58,096 nt of DNA from Nitrospirota bacterium (GCA_963741205.1 CAVUHW010000036.1:1-58096), one strand, 5' to 3'; counted from the first letter of the stretch, positions 12,979 to 25,460 are shown. Translations and numbers: made by a program. Notes: a model not told the origin generated them from the sequence alone.

Positions 12979-13780
12979 CTATTTCTCCTTTCCTTCGGAA
13001 GATTCCGACGACCCGCGGTTGCGGAAAGCGGCGATGAGCCCAAGCCCTACCACCAGCGCCCCGACCTTAAACGGGATCTCGGAGAGCATGTTCCAGGTGA
13101 GCTTCGGAAGCTTCACGGCCGGGATCTTCGTGTTGAACCCAAGCTGCTCGAAGGGTATGGCGGAGAGGTATATCCATGATGTACCGCCTGCCTCTTCCTT
13201 GCCGTAAATGTGATCAACATACTTGCCGGGATTCTCCTTGAGCCGTTTCTCCGCCTCTTTCAAAATCTCGTCAACCTGCCCGAATTGCATGACCTGCGTC
13301 GGGCAGACCTTGATGCAGGCGGGTGTCTTTCCCGCGGCCAGGCGGTCGGAGCAGAACGTACATTTCCTGATCCACGGCGATGTGGACCGCCACTCGTATT
13401 TCGGGATGTTGAAGGGGCAGGCTATCATGCAGTACCGGCAGCCGATGCAGCTTTTTAAAGTTGTAGATTACTGCTCCTTCAGGCGTCTGGCTGAATGCGC
13501 CGACCGGACAGGCGGACAGGCAGGCCGGGTCCTTGCAGTGCATGCACTGACTCTTGATGAAGGACCAGACCGGCAGGTCGTTCTTCTCCTGCTCGATAAA
13601 TGCGATGCGGGTATAGGTGTCGGAATTGAGCTGCGGCGGATTGGTGAAGGTGCCGTCCAGGACCGTCTTGCCCGCCGAACGGTCGTTCCATGACTTGCAG
13701 GCCACCTGGCAGCCGCGACAGCCGATGCAGCGTGTCAAGTCTACCAGCACGCCTTTTAATTTTTCATTATTCGTCGCCAT
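12979..13780 (-). CDS. 4Fe-4S dicluster subunit, FdnH/HybA type (frameshift near 13455)
   Basis: CIGCRGCQVAC, CMHCKDPACLSACP, CIGCRYCMIACP (across the shift), CTFC..R..P.C...CP and a C-terminal TM helix. Confidence 0.9.
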
Positions 13781-13789
13781 GACTGCCTC

Positions 13790-16700
13790 CTATGCTTTCT
13801 GGACATTGACCATAAAGGCCTTGGATTCGGGGATCATCGTGTTGGCGTCGCCGATGAATCGGCGTGAGAAGATTGGCGCTGTCTCCCGCTTTCGGATCTC
13901 CGGGATACTGCCATCCGAAACACCAGGGCATGCCGACCTGATGCACGGTCTGGCCGCCGATCTTGAAGGGTTTGAAGCGGCCGGTGACCACGGCCACGGC
14001 GCGGAGCTCGCCGCGGGCGGATGATCACCTTCAGCGCGATCGCCGTTCTTGATGCCTTTTTCCGCGGCAAGTTCTCTGCTCATCTCCACGAATTGCTGAG
14101 GCTGCATCTCGAGAAGCCAGGGAGAGTGGCGCGTCATAACGCCGGTCTGCCAGTGCTCGGTCACGCGATAGGTCGTCGCCACAAAGGGATACCGGACGTC
14201 GCAGGAGATAGAACTGCGCAATATCAATACCGACCTCCTTCTGGATCTTGAGGCTGACAGCCGGATTGATCCGCTGCTTGGACAAAAGATTTTCCTCGAG
14301 CGGGCATTCGAGCGATTCATAGTGCTCGGGGAACGGCCCGTCATTCAGGCCGGGCGCGAAGATGGCGCCCTTCCCTTCGGGCATCATGATAAAGGGATAT
14401 TTGCCTGTGTCCTTTGCCATGGGCGGCGCCGGGCCGTCAGGCACATCGCCTACCCACATGCCGGGCTTTTTGGTTGCGGGATCTTCCTTGTTCGGGTCCC
14501 ATTTGAGAAGCGGTCGTTTCGGGTCCCAGGGATTTCCGTTCAGGATCCACCGAGGCGCGGTTGTAGATGATGCGACGGTTCACGGGCCAGCACCAGGCCC
14601 ACTCGGAGTAGAGACCGAGCCCAGTTGGGTCGTTCTTGCCGCGGCGGGCCATCATATTGATGACCTTGCCATCTTTCTGCGTGTAGCTCTGGGTGTAGAG
14701 CCAGTTCCCGCAGGAGGTGGTCCCGTCTGCCTGGAGATGAGCAAAGGTCGCGCAGAGCTCGCCCTTCTTTCCGAGCAGTTTGGGCGGGTTCGCTTTCTTG
14801 TCGTAGACGTCCTCGAGATAGTATCCGTTGATCTCCTTGGCCACTTTGTGAATGTCCACTTCTTTACCGTAGTTCCAGGTGAGTGTTCAGGATCGGGCGC
14901 CGGGAACTTGCCGCCTTCTTTCCGGTAGAGTTCCCTTACCCGCAGGAAGAGCTCGTTCATGATGTCCGCGTCAGGCCTGGACTGGCCAAGATGATCAATC
15001 GCCTTATATCGCCACTGTGCCCACCGGCCCGAGTTAGTAGAGGCTGCCCTCTTTCTCTATCGATGATACACAGGGCAGGAAGAAAACCTCGGTCTGAATT
15101 TCCTTTGTCTTTATGCCGGGGCCCCGCCAGAACGAGGCTGTCTCATTATCGAAGAGATTGACGGTCACCATCCATTTCAGTTTTCCAAAGGCGTCGCGTA
15201 CATACTTGGCAGCAGGCGTCGAACAGGCCGGGTTCTGGCCCCACGCAAAGAACCCCTCCATCTTGCCCTGCCACATCTTGTAGAACAGATTGAGCCATGA
15301 CGCGTTCATGCCCTCGTCGAGCTTCGGCAGCCAGGAATAGCCGAAATCGTTCTCTTTCGTGGCAGCGTTGCCGTAAATGGCCTTTAGATAGCTCACGATG
15401 TACTTGTTGCGATTCGAAAGCCAGTTGACGCTCTTCGGGTCTTTGGTCTTCGGCGTATATTTCTCGATGTAAGCATTCAGGTCAACGATTGATGCAGAGG
15501 GCGTGGCATTATAACCCGGCAGGGTGTGGAACAGGAGCCCGTGATCAGTGGATCCCTGGACATTTCCCTCCCCGCGGAGGGCGTTGATACCACCGCCTGC
15601 GGTGCCAATGTTCCCGAGCAGGAGCTGGATGATGCACATGGTGCGTATGTTCTGGGTGCCGATGGTGTGCTGCGTCCATCCCATGGCATAGAGCGAGGTG
15701 CAAGCCCTGTTCGGCTTGCCTGTTGAGCCGAAGAGATTATAGACCTCCACGAGTTTTTCCTGCGGCGTGCCGGTGATGCTCGATACCTTCTCGAGAGTAT
15801 AGCGGGAATATTGTTTTTTCAGAAGCTGGAGCACGCAGTGCGGGTTCTGAAGCGTGGGGTCTTTCTTCGGCAACGCCATTCTCATCCATCTGATAGGACC
15901 AGGTCTTCTTATCGTATTTCCGGGTCTTTCTCGTCATATCCCGAGAACAGGCCGGCAAGATCGCCCGGCCCCTTGAAATCGGGATTCACGAGGAAACTTG
16001 CGTTTGTGTAATCGACTACATAATCTTTGAAGTAGAGGTTGATTCTCCAGGATGTACTTGATCATGCCTCCCAGGAACGCGATGTCCGTGCCCGAGCGCA
16101 GGGCGCGTAGACGTCTGCCTTTGTCGCGGTCTGCGTGAAGCGGGGGTCCACCACGATAAGCTTGGCGCCCCGCTCCTTTGCCCGCATGATCCACTTCATG
16201 GAGATGGGATGATTCGAGGCAGGATTCGCTCCCATTACGAGGATGACATCAGCATTCTTCAGATCGATCCAGTGATTCGTCATTGCACCGCGTCCGAACG
16301 ACTCTCCCAGAGCCGGCTACAGTCGCGGAGTGTCAGATGCGCGCCTGGTGTTCTATATATACCAGGCCCAAGGACCGCATCATCTTCTGGAGCAGGTAGC
16401 ACTCCTCGTTGTCCAAGGCAGCGCTGCCCACATGGGCGATGGCGTCGGTCCGGTTGACCGACGAAATCCTTCTCAACCTCCTTCTCCGTCCCGTCGGGCT
16501 GCTTCTCCTTGACCTTGGACTTGGAGGTGAGCTTGAATGTACGGTCGCGCGTGTCCTTCACCTTCCTTGCGATCTGGTCAAGCGCCCAGTCCCACTCTAC
16601 TTCCTTCCACGCGTCCGTGCCCGGCGCCCGGTAGAGCGGCTTCTGGACGCGCAGGTCGTTATTCACGAGCTCCATGATGGAAGCGCCCTTTGGGACAGAG

Positions 16701-16937
16701 TGTGCCTTCATTGATCGGATGTTCGGGATCACCCTCGGCATTCACCACTTTTCCGTCCTTCGTGTAGACGATGATGCCGCACCCTACAGAGCAGTAGGGG
16801 CAAACTGTCTTGGTCTCTGTCGCGCCGTCGATCTTGAGCGTCTGTTCTTTGGCGTCAGCAGAAGCCGGGGCGCCGAGAGTACCAAGAAGCAGACTACTTC
16901 CGGAGATCTTGAAAAAGTCACGCCTTGTTACACTCAT
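13790..16937 (-). CDS. fdnG: Selenocysteine formate dehydrogenase alpha subunit, Tat-exported (multiple frameshifts)
   Basis: Tat signal [85 protein letters not shown] and [15 protein letters not shown], spread over about 10 ORF fragments. Confidence 0.92.
16295..16335 (-). promoter_or_regulatory. Sec UGA codon (16333-16335) and putative bacterial SECIS
   Basis: In-frame TGA at the conserved QARI-U-H position, followed by CACTCCGCGACTGTAGCCGGCTCTGGGAGAGTC, which can pair CTCC/GGAG. Confidence 0.8.
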
Positions 16938-17264
16938 AAAGCTCTCCCTCCTTACCATGATTTGAACAATTTATTATTGAAAAAAGTGATAGATATTGAT
17001 CCGCATGTCGTCGTAAAACATTACTAAAAGTAACATAGCACGAGCCAGTATAGTTTTGCAAGAAGATTTTACAAAACCATACCGTACGCAGAAGAGGAAG
17101 GATACACTTCGAGAGAAAACGGCCTTCAATCACATCGCTGCATCCGCCGCCGTATGCTATAGAAAAGGATGAACCTTCGGATGGGAGATGTGTAAAAAAT
17201 AATATGACCGGCAATAACAGCGTTTTACTCTGTAATCATCGTGAGGGCCAGGGTGTGTAAATTG

Positions 17265-17316
17265 AAAAAAAAGCCCGCTTTCAAAGTATACCATATAATG
17301 AAAGCGGGCCTTTTAT
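17265..17316. terminator. Bidirectional intrinsic terminator downstream of htpX
   Basis: GCCCGCTTTCA/TGAAAGCGGGC stem flanked by A8 and TTTTATT. Confidence 0.8.
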
Positions 17317-17378
17317 TATTCGTCGTCTTATTATTCGCCGTCCGAAGCTTGCCCCGGCTCAAGGGCCTGTGGTTTCGC

Positions 17379-18227
17379 TTATCTTCCCCTTGCCAACTCG
17401 TTCAGTCTCTTCACCCGCTCCGCAATGGGGGGATGGGTGCTGAAGAGTTTGAGCAGGCCGCCGCCAGTAAGCGGGTTCACGATGAACATATGCGCCGTTG
17501 CCGGCTTGGCGTCTGCCATGGGAATGATCTGGGACCCCTTCTCCAGCTTGAGGAGCGCGTTGGCGAGTCCGGAAGGACTTCCCGCGATTCCGGCGCCGCC
17601 CTTGTCCGCTTCAAATTCACGGGTACGGGAAATGGCCATTTGCACGAGCATTGCCGCGATGGGCGCCACGATCATCATGACCAGCGCCACGATCGGGCTG
17701 CCGCCTTCATCATCGTCACGCCTGCCGCCGAAGATCATGGACCACTGCGCCATCTGGGCAAGCATGCTGATCGCGCCCGCCATCGTGGCCACGATCGTGC
17801 CGGTGAGCATGTCGCGGTGCTTGATATGGGCAAGCTCGTGGGCGATCACTCCGGCGAGTTCGTCGCGGGACAGGAGTCTCGTGATTCCCTGCGTAACGGC
17901 AACAACCGCGTGCTCCGGGTTCCTGCCTGTGGCGAACGCATTCGGCGTCTCCTCGGGGATGATATACACCTTGGGCATGGGCATGCCGGCCTTCTGGACA
18001 AGTGTGCGGACGATGGCATGGAGCTCCGGCGCCTGGGCTTCCGTCACCGGCTGTGCATGATACATTCTGAGCACGAGCTTGTCGCTGAACCAGTACATAC
18101 CCACGTTCATAATCGCGGCGAACATCACGGCCATGACCATGCCGCTTCTACCCCCGAGGGCGCCTCCGATCGCGACGAACAACACCATCATAAAGGTCAT
18201 TAAACCGACTGTTTTTACCGTATTCAT
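17379..18227 (-). CDS. htpX: Zinc metalloprotease HtpX
   Basis: [27 protein letters not shown]. Confidence 0.95.
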   Translation of the reverse strand: MNTVKTVGLMTFMMVLFVAIGGALGGRSGMVMAVMFAAIMNVGMYWFSDKLVLRMYHAQPVTEAQAPELHAIVRTLVQKAGMPMPKVYIIPEETPNAFATGRNPEHAVVAVTQGITRLLSRDELAGVIAHELAHIKHRDMLTGTIVATMAGAISMLAQMAQWSMIFGGRRDDDEGGSPIVALVMMIVAPIAAMLVQMAISRTREFEADKGGAGIAGSPSGLANALLKLEKGSQIIPMADAKPATAHMFIVNPLTGGGLLKLFSTHPPIAERVKRLNELARGR

Positions 18228-18532
18228 TTACCCCTTTACCTCCATCATGCTGCTGTTTTCTTATCATGGTACATTACCACAGTCGTTTTACTCCGTCAAG
18301 CGATACTGGTTTGGATCATGCGCAGCCTGTTGAAATAGCAGGGCAAATATATTTTGCTGGCTTTACTTCTGGGCGGCGTCTCTCGAATTTGACGTAATCC
18401 GGGCGGGATGAAAAAAATTATGGGTCTGTTAGTTAGTGGGAAATCAAGCGGGTGAGACAACGGCTGCCTTCCCGATCCGGCATGGCGAGCCTTGTCGCGT
18501 CATTTCTACACAGACATCACCTGTCGGATGCC

Positions 18533-19444
18533 TTAGTCTCTTCCGGTTTTTCCTATGAAGACGGAACATTTTGAATGGGTAAGGATGTTCCGTGATACGC
18601 TGCCAAGAAATCCCCTGATTCCCCTCAAACCTCTGTCGCCCAAAGCTATTAAATCAGCCCTCGTTTCCTCCCCTGTTTTCAGTATTTCCTGCGAGGGGTC
18701 TCCCATCTTTGAAAGCGTCTGCACGTTCTTAAACCTTTTTTTCAGTGCCTCACCGGCCTCTTCCAGAATATGTTGAGATTCAGCATACTCGGCGGCCCTT
18801 GCGTCCGCCACCGAGTCCTTGATGCGTTCATTGACTTCCAACACAAACCGTTCAGGGATGTCGGAAAAGCCCGACGATATGACATTCAGTATCGTTACCT
18901 CGATGTCATCCGGAAACGGAATGGAGCAGAGGAAATCTCCGGCGGCCCGGGAACTGTCTGAACCGTCGGCGGCAAAAAGAATATTAATCTTCTCGGAATT
19001 TTTCTTTACGCCCGGTTTTACCACGAGCACCGGCCTTGGTGATTTGATCGTAACCAGCCTCGTAACGCTGCCGAGAAAAACCGACGCAACCCCTTTTATA
19101 CCTCTTGCGCCCATTGCTATGAGATCCACGCCGGATGAAGCAGCAGCATCGACGATGCGTTGGTCGGGCATGTCTCGGCCTGGTGAAATTTCATCGATCT
19201 CAACGCTAATGCCTGCCTGGACCGGTTTTAGCAGTTCCACCGCGGCATCGAGGATCCGGGGCGCTAGTTCTTTCTTAATTGCCTTGAGAGTTGTAGAATG
19301 GAATTTTTCGTCGTATTGAAAAGGTACTGCATGCATGGCATGAAAAACAACGATGGAGTCGGCGGGTGACCAATTCATTACGGCCAGAAATCGAGCGGCA
19401 CTTTCCGAGTATTCAGAACCGTCTGTTGCAAGCAATACCTTCAT
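18533..19444 (-). CDS. Universal stress protein (two USP domains)
   Basis: LLATDGS/LFAADGS and two DLIAxGxRG...LGSV motifs. Confidence 0.92.
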   Translation of the reverse strand: MKVLLATDGSEYSESAARFLAVMNWSPADSIVVFHAMHAVPFQYDEKFHSTTLKAIKKELAPRILDAAVELLKPVQAGISVEIDEISPGRDMPDQRIVDAAASSGVDLIAMGARGIKGVASVFLGSVTRLVTIKSPRPVLVVKPGVKKNSEKINILFAADGSDSSRAAGDFLCSIPFPDDIEVTILNVISSGFSDIPERFVLEVNERIKDSVADARAAEYAESQHILEEAGEALKKRFKNVQTLSKMGDPSQEILKTGEETRADLIALGDRGLRGIRGFLGSVSRNILTHSKCSVFIGKTGRD

Positions 19445-19702
19445 TTGAACACCATGAAAGCAACGCGACGCAACTTTATCCGTTTATTCTTCATGGCTAA
19501 TTATCGTCTACGCTCATTCAAACACAAATACTTGGTAATGTAAATAATACTTAATGTGTATTTTGGACAAGGAACGGAAACCCAGCATTCTATGCACCCC
19601 CCCGGCTTACGGATCACTCTTTCCTCCATGTTGCATGCATCATGTTGCTATTATTCACCTTGATATGGCCCCGCAAGTGTGCGATGGAAGAATACTTTTC
19701 TG

Positions 19703-19731
19703 TTGACAAGGGTATACCACTTTGTTATATT
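19703..19731 (+). promoter_or_regulatory. sigma70-type promoter of the tRNA operon
   Basis: TTGACA-17 nt-TATATT. Confidence 0.7.
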
Positions 19732-19765
19732 TGCAAGGCTTGAATGGGCAAAAAGCGATTCACAA

Positions 19766-19841
19766 GCGGGTGTAGCTCAGTTGGTAGAGCGCGACCTTGC
19801 CAAGGTTGAGGTCACGGGTTCGAGTCCCGCCACCCGCTCCA
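19766..19841 (+). tRNA. tRNA-Gly(GCC)
   Basis: GCGGGTG/CACCCGC acceptor stem, anticodon loop TTGCCAA, GGTTCGAGTCC T-arm, encoded CCA. Confidence 0.97.
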
Positions 19842-19854
19842 TAGTTTTCATGAG

Positions 19855-19910
19855 AAAGTTAAAAGGTAAAAGTTCCGGCATCACGCATACAACTTTTAGC
19901 TTTTAACTTT
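19855..19910. repeat. 20-bp inverted repeat between the two tRNAs
   Basis: AAAGTTAAAAGGTAAAAGTT (19855-74) versus AACTTTTAGCTTTTAACTTT (19891-910): 19/20 complementary. Confidence 0.8.
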
Positions 19911-19922
19911 TTTGTTTTTCAG

Positions 19923-19998
19923 GGCGGCGTAGCCAAGTGGCTAAGGCAGAGGTCTGCAAAACCTTCATTCATCGGTTCAAATCCGATCGCCGCCTCCA
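19923..19998 (+). tRNA. tRNA-Cys(GCA)
   Basis: GGCGGCG/CGCCGCC acceptor stem, anticodon loop CTGCAAA, GGTTCAAATCC T-arm, U73 discriminator and CCA. Confidence 0.97.
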
Positions 19999-20016
19999 AC
20001 TTAATTAAGTCGTTCG

Positions 20017-20143
20017 ACCACAGATAAACACAGATTAACACAGATTGACACCGTATAAGGGACGATAAGCCTTCTTGGTTCTGATTTTTCGCTCTTATTC
20101 TGAGTCTCCTCTTTATCTGTGTGCATCCGTATTCATCTGTGGT
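20017..20143. repeat. Inverted element with 10-bp-periodic ACACAGAT arms
   Basis: ACCACAGATAAACACAGATTAACACAGAT ... ATCTGTGTGCATCCGTATTCATCTGTGGT. Confidence 0.75.
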
Positions 20144-20166
20144 TTCTTATTTGTGGGTCCTACTCT

Positions 20167-23100
20167 ATGCATCATGCCGATTTCGTCCACCTTCACCTTC
20201 ACACCGAATACAGCCTCCTAGACGGCGCGATCGGCCTCGACAAACTCATCAAAAAAGCAATCGACCTCAAGATGCCCGCGGTTGCGGTCACGGACCACGG
20301 CAATCTATTCTCCGCTCTCGACTTCTATCTGAAGGCCTCCAAGGCCGGGATCAAGCCCATCATCGGGTGCGAAATCTACGTGGCGCCGGGCTCCCGATTC
20401 GATAAAAGCGCGCCCGCGGGCCAGAATGAGGAGGCTTCGTATCACCTTATTCTCCTTGCGCGGAACAGGCAGGGCTATAAAAACCTCGTCAAGCTCGTTA
20501 CCGCCGCATACCTCGAGGGCTTCTACTACAAACCCAGGATAGACAAGGACCTCCTCCGGACGCACAGCGAAGGACTCATCGGCCTGTCGGCCTGCCTGGG
20601 CGGAGAGGTCCCTTCCCTTCTGATCCAGGGCAGGTACGAGGACGCAAAGAGGACCGCCCTCGAATATGAACAGATACTGGGCAAGGAAAACTTTTACCTC
20701 GAGCTCCAGGACAACGGCATCCCCGAGCAGGAAGTAGTGAACCGGGAGCTCATCAAACTGACGAGGGACACGGGCATCCCCGTCGTCGCCACAAACGACT
20801 GTCATTACCTGGACATGGAGGACCACAAGGCGCATGACGCGCTCCTCTGCATCCAGACCGGCAAGGTCGTCAAGGACGCGAACCGGCTGAGATTCTCTTC
20901 CGAGACCTTTTACATGAAAACCCCGGAAGAAATGAAGAAGGCCTTCTCCTTCATCCCCGAGGCTGTAACGAACACCGTCAAGATCGCCGAACGGTGCAAT
21001 CTCGACCTTGAGCTCGGCAAATACCATCTCCCCCACTTCCCCGTGCCCGACGGCTACACCAGGGAATCGTTCATGACGGAACTGGCGCGAAAAGGGCCTC
21101 GAAGAGCGGTTTGCCGAGATCGAGGCCGTCCGCGGGCCCGGCAGCATCGACCGGGCAAAATACCGGGAGCGTCTCGAGTTCGAGATCCAGATGATCGACA
21201 AGATGGGCTTTGCCGGATATTTTCTCATCGTCTCGGACTTTATCCGCTATGCAAAGGAGCACAGTATTCCGGTCGGCCCGGGCCGAGGCTCCGCGGCCGG
21301 GAGCCTGGTCGCCTACTCGCTCCGCATCACCGACCTCGATCCCATCCCCTACAACCTCCTGTTCGAGCGGTTTCTGAACCCCGAACGCATCAGCATGCCG
21401 GATATCGACGTGGACTTCTGTCAGGACCGGCGCGACGAGGTCATCCGGTACGTGACCGAAAAGTACGGTCAGGACCACGTGACCCAGATCATCACCTACG
21501 GCACCATGCTGGCCAAGGGAGTGATCCGTGACGTCGGCCGGGTCCTCGACATCCCCTATTCCGAAGTCGACAAGGTTGCCAAGCTGGTCCCGAACACGCT
21601 GGGCATCACGCTCGAAAAGGCCATGGAGCAGGAACCCAGGCTCAGGGAGATCGCCAAGAAGGAGCCCCGCATGGCGGAACTCATGGAGATAGCCCGGGCG
21701 CTCGAAGGACAGGTGCGCCACGCCTCAAAGCACGCCGCCGGCGTCGTCATTTCCCAGGAGCCCCTCACCGAGTACGTACCGCTCTTCAAGACCCCCAAGG
21801 ACGAGATAACGACGCAGTTCGATATGAAAGGCGTTGAGAAGATCGGCCTCGTGAAATTCGACTTCCTCGGACTCCGGAACCTCACGGTCATCCAGAAGGC
21901 CGAGAACATGATCAATCAGCGCCTTCAGAAGGCCCCCCTTGCCTGCACGGATCCTTTCTCGGTCAGCCGGGTCCCCCTCGACGACGCAAAGACCTTTGAG
22001 CTCCTGGGCCGCGGAGAGACCGCCGGCATCTTTCAGCTCGAATCCTCGGGCATGCGCGATATCGTCATCAAGATGAAACCGGGGGTGTTCGAAGACCTGA
22101 TCGCGCTGGTGGCCCTGTACCGCCCCGGCCCGCTGGGCAGCGGCATGGTCGACGATTTCATCAAACGAAAGAAAGGCTCGACCAGAATCACCTACGAGCT
22201 TCCTCAGCTCGAACCCATCCTCAAAGAGACCTACGGCGTGATCGTGTATCAGGAGCAGGTGATGCAGATCGCCCGGACCCTTGCCGGCTATTCGCTCGGC
22301 GGCGCCGATCTCCTCCGGCGCGCCATGGGGAAAAAAGACCCCGAAGTCATGGCCAAGGAGAAGGTGCCCTTCCTCAAGGGCGCGGAGAAACAGGGCATCG
22401 ACCTCAAGAAGGCGGAGGCCATCTTCGACCTCATGGCCAAGTTCGCCGAATACGGGTTCAACAAGTCCCACAGCGCGGCCTATGCCCTCATCACCTACCA
22501 GACGGCGTACCTGAAGGCCCACTACCCCGTAGAATACATGGCAGCCCTGCTCACCTCGGAAGTCGCCGACACGGACAAGGTGGTGAAGTACATCTACGAG
22601 GCGCGCCAGATGGGCATCAACATCCTGCCGCCCGACGTCAACGAGAGCCGCTGGGATTTTACCGTCATGGAAGCACACGACCGCGAGAGCATCGAGCCCG
22701 GCAGCACCATCGGGAGCATCCGGTTCGGCCTTGCCGCGGTCAAGAACGTGGGAATTTCCGCCATCGAAGCGATGATCGAGGCCCGCGAGGCAAAAGGCGC
22801 ATTCACGTCGCTTTCCGATTTCTGCAAAAAGGTGGACCAGCGCAGGGTGAACCGACGCGTGATCGAGGCCTCGATCAAGTGCGGCGCCTTCGATTTTACC
22901 GGGGCCAGGCGCGCCCAGATGATGGACGCCATCGATATGATGATGGAGGGGGCGGCAAGACACCAGGAACAGGAGGCCGTGGGCCAGTTCAGCATCTTCG
23001 AGTCCATGGACGAAAAGCATGAGCCCGCGCTTCCGAACGTTCCGGAATGGAAGGAAAGTCAGCTCCTTGCCTACGAGAAAGAGAGCATGGGATTCTACAT

Positions 23101-23686
23101 CTCGGGACATCCCCTGGCGGCCTTTCAGGACGACATAAAGCGCTATGCCACCGCCACCACGGAAACGCTGGACAGTTTCCCGGACGGCAAGGAAGTGACC
23201 ATCTGCGGGATCATCGCCGGCTTGAAACAAAAGGTCACGAAAAAAGGCGACAAGATGGCCATCCTGAACCTCGAGGACCTTTACGGGACCGTTGAAACCA
23301 TCGTGTTCCCCGATCTCTATTCATCATCCCACCACCTGCTCCTTACCGATACGCCGCTCATCGTGGCCGGCCAACTCGATAAGAGCGAACAGGGAAACAA
23401 GATCAAGGCCCTGCGTCTTCACCTTTTGGCCGACGTGAAGAAGAAAGGCACGTCGCGCATCGACATCAGGCTGTCCGCAACCGGCCTGACCCAGGACGAC
23501 CTGCTCAAAATCAAGGAAGTCCTGCTTCGCCATCGAGGCAACATACCCGTCTATCTCCGCCTCCAGAACCCGACGCGCAAGGACTCCCTTATCTCCGTTG
23601 GCCGCGATATCCGCGTCGCTCCTACGGAAAAGCTTATAGCCGAAATAGAGTCGGTGCTTGGAGCAGGCGCCGTGTCATTTAATTGA
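20167..23686 (+). CDS. dnaE: DNA polymerase III alpha subunit (single frameshift near 21097)
   Basis: PHP HLHTEYSLLDGA, GPGRGSAAGS, PDIDVDF, KFDFLGL, YGFNKSH and OB fold. An extra base in AAAGGGCCTCGAAGAG joins the two ORFs. Confidence 0.97.
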
Positions 23687-23714
23687 TGGGAGAAAAAAGA
23701 GGAGGTGCATTTCC

Positions 23715-24734
23715 ATGAAACATAGCGACCTGGAAACCACGGCGCGCGCCCTGGCCGCCAAAGGCAAGGGCCTTCTCGCGGCGGACGAAAGCTTCCCAAC
23801 GATTAAGAAACGCTTCGAGGCCCTGGGCATAGAATCGACGGAGGAAACCCGACGCGCTTACCGTGAGATGCTGCTTACTACGACGGGGATCGAAGAATTC
23901 ATCAGCGGCGTGATCCTGTTCGATGAGACCATACGCCAAAAGGCCGGAGACGGCAGGTCCCTTGTCGAGGTGCTCAAGAGCAAAGGAATCATCCCGGGCA
24001 TCAAAGTCGACAAAGGGACCGTTTCCATGCCCGGCTTCCCCGGCGAGAAAATCACCGCGGGACTCGACGGACTCGGTGAACGGCTGAACGAGTACCGGGA
24101 CCTTGGGGCGGGATTCGCCAAGTGGCGTGCTGTTATCACAATAGGTCCCGGCATGCCTTCGCGGGCGAACATCATTGCAAACGCCCACGGCCTCGCGCTG
24201 TATGCCTCCCTTTCCCAGGAAGCGGGGCTGGTTCCCGTGGTGGAGCCCGAGGTCTTGATGGACGGCGATCACGACATCACCCGCTGTGAAGAAGCAACTG
24301 AGGCCGCACTTGGTACTGTATTCTCCATGCTCCGTGAATACCGGGTGAAACTCGACGGAATGCTTTTAAAACCCAACATGATCCTTCCCGGGAAAAAATC
24401 CACGAAGCAGTCGTCCGTCACGGAAGTCGCCGAAGCCACGCTTCGCTGCCTGAGAAAAACGGTTCCTGCCGCGGTGCCAGGCATCATGTTCCTTTCGGGC
24501 GGCCAGAGCCCTGAAGAGGCTACGTTGCGTCTCAATGCCATGAACAGACTGGGGCCGCATCCCTGGGAGATCAGTTTCTCCTTTGCGCGGGCGCTGCAGG
24601 AACCACCGATGAAAATATGGAAGGGATCGGCTGCGAATATCGCGGCTGCCCAGAGGCAGTTTTATCACCGGGCGAAATGCAACAGCGCGGCGAGATACGG
24701 GAGATACGCGGAACAGATGGAGTCGGCGACGTAA
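23715..24734 (+). CDS. Class I fructose-bisphosphate aldolase
   Basis: GLLAADES, GIKVDKG, AKWRAV, VEPEVL, Schiff-base LLKPNM and FLSGGQ. SD GGAGG before ATG 23715. Confidence 0.95.
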   Translation: MKHSDLETTARALAAKGKGLLAADESFPTIKKRFEALGIESTEETRRAYREMLLTTTGIEEFISGVILFDETIRQKAGDGRSLVEVLKSKGIIPGIKVDKGTVSMPGFPGEKITAGLDGLGERLNEYRDLGAGFAKWRAVITIGPGMPSRANIIANAHGLALYASLSQEAGLVPVVEPEVLMDGDHDITRCEEATEAALGTVFSMLREYRVKLDGMLLKPNMILPGKKSTKQSSVTEVAEATLRCLRKTVPAAVPGIMFLSGGQSPEEATLRLNAMNRLGPHPWEISFSFARALQEPPMKIWKGSAANIAAAQRQFYHRAKCNSAARYGRYAEQMESAT

Positions 24735-24818
24735 CATTAGCATAACCACGCCGGAATGACAGCTAAATGCCAAGTATCGTCACACTTCAATAAAAAGGCC
24801 GCTGCAGTAATAATATTT

Positions 24819-25250
24819 ATGGAAAACTCTCTTCTTGAAGGCTATCCCGTCGTCGTTGAGATTCCCGTGGCCTGGGGCGAGATGGACTCGTTTCAGCACG
24901 TAAACAACGTCGTCTATTTCCGGTATTTCGAGAGCGCCCGCATCGCATATTCGGAGAAGATCGGGCTTCAGGAACATAAGGAACAGACGGGCATCGGACC
25001 CATTCTCGGTTCTACGACCTGCAAATACAAACTCCCCCTCACTTATCCTGATACCGTGTCCGTTGGAGCAAAGATCGTCGGTATTGAAGAAGACCGCTTC
25101 ACGATGAGCTATATTATCGTGAGCCACCGGCATCAGAAAATCGCCGCGGAAGGAGACGGTGTAGTTGTGATGTACGATTACAACGAAGGCAGAAAGACTG
25201 TGATCCCGGACGAGATCAGGCTTCGGATCCAGGAGATAGAACAGCGGTAA
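24819..25250 (+). CDS. Acyl-CoA thioesterase (4HBT/YbgC-like)
   Basis: WGEMDSFQHVNNVVYFRYFESARI. Confidence 0.9.
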   Translation: MENSLLEGYPVVVEIPVAWGEMDSFQHVNNVVYFRYFESARIAYSEKIGLQEHKEQTGIGPILGSTTCKYKLPLTYPDTVSVGAKIVGIEEDRFTMSYIIVSHRHQKIAAEGDGVVVMYDYNEGRKTVIPDEIRLRIQEIEQR

Positions 25251-25404
25251 ACTAAATCATCAAACGAATTTTTACCGAGGAGTCGCGAAAAGCATCTACG
25301 AAGACCCTGCTCAGAAACTCCTTGATCACTATTTATATTAAGTGCCGAGTATAGCAACCCCCCACTCCGGTTATCATCGATAAAACACCATGAGTATAAA
25401 AGGG

Positions 25405-25460
25405 GGAAATAAAAAGCCCTCCTGTTCGGCATCGTAACGTGACGCCTTGAGAGAGGGCTT
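25405..25460 (-). terminator. Intrinsic terminator downstream of the response regulator
   Basis: Minus strand AAGCCCTC...GAGGGCTT followed by TTTATTT, with an inner GGCGTC/GATGCC hairpin. Confidence 0.65.

Noticed and set aside
21085-21105. Programmed frameshift or split dnaE
   Set aside because: There is no canonical slippery heptamer or intein motif; a single extra base explains it, and similar indels are widespread.
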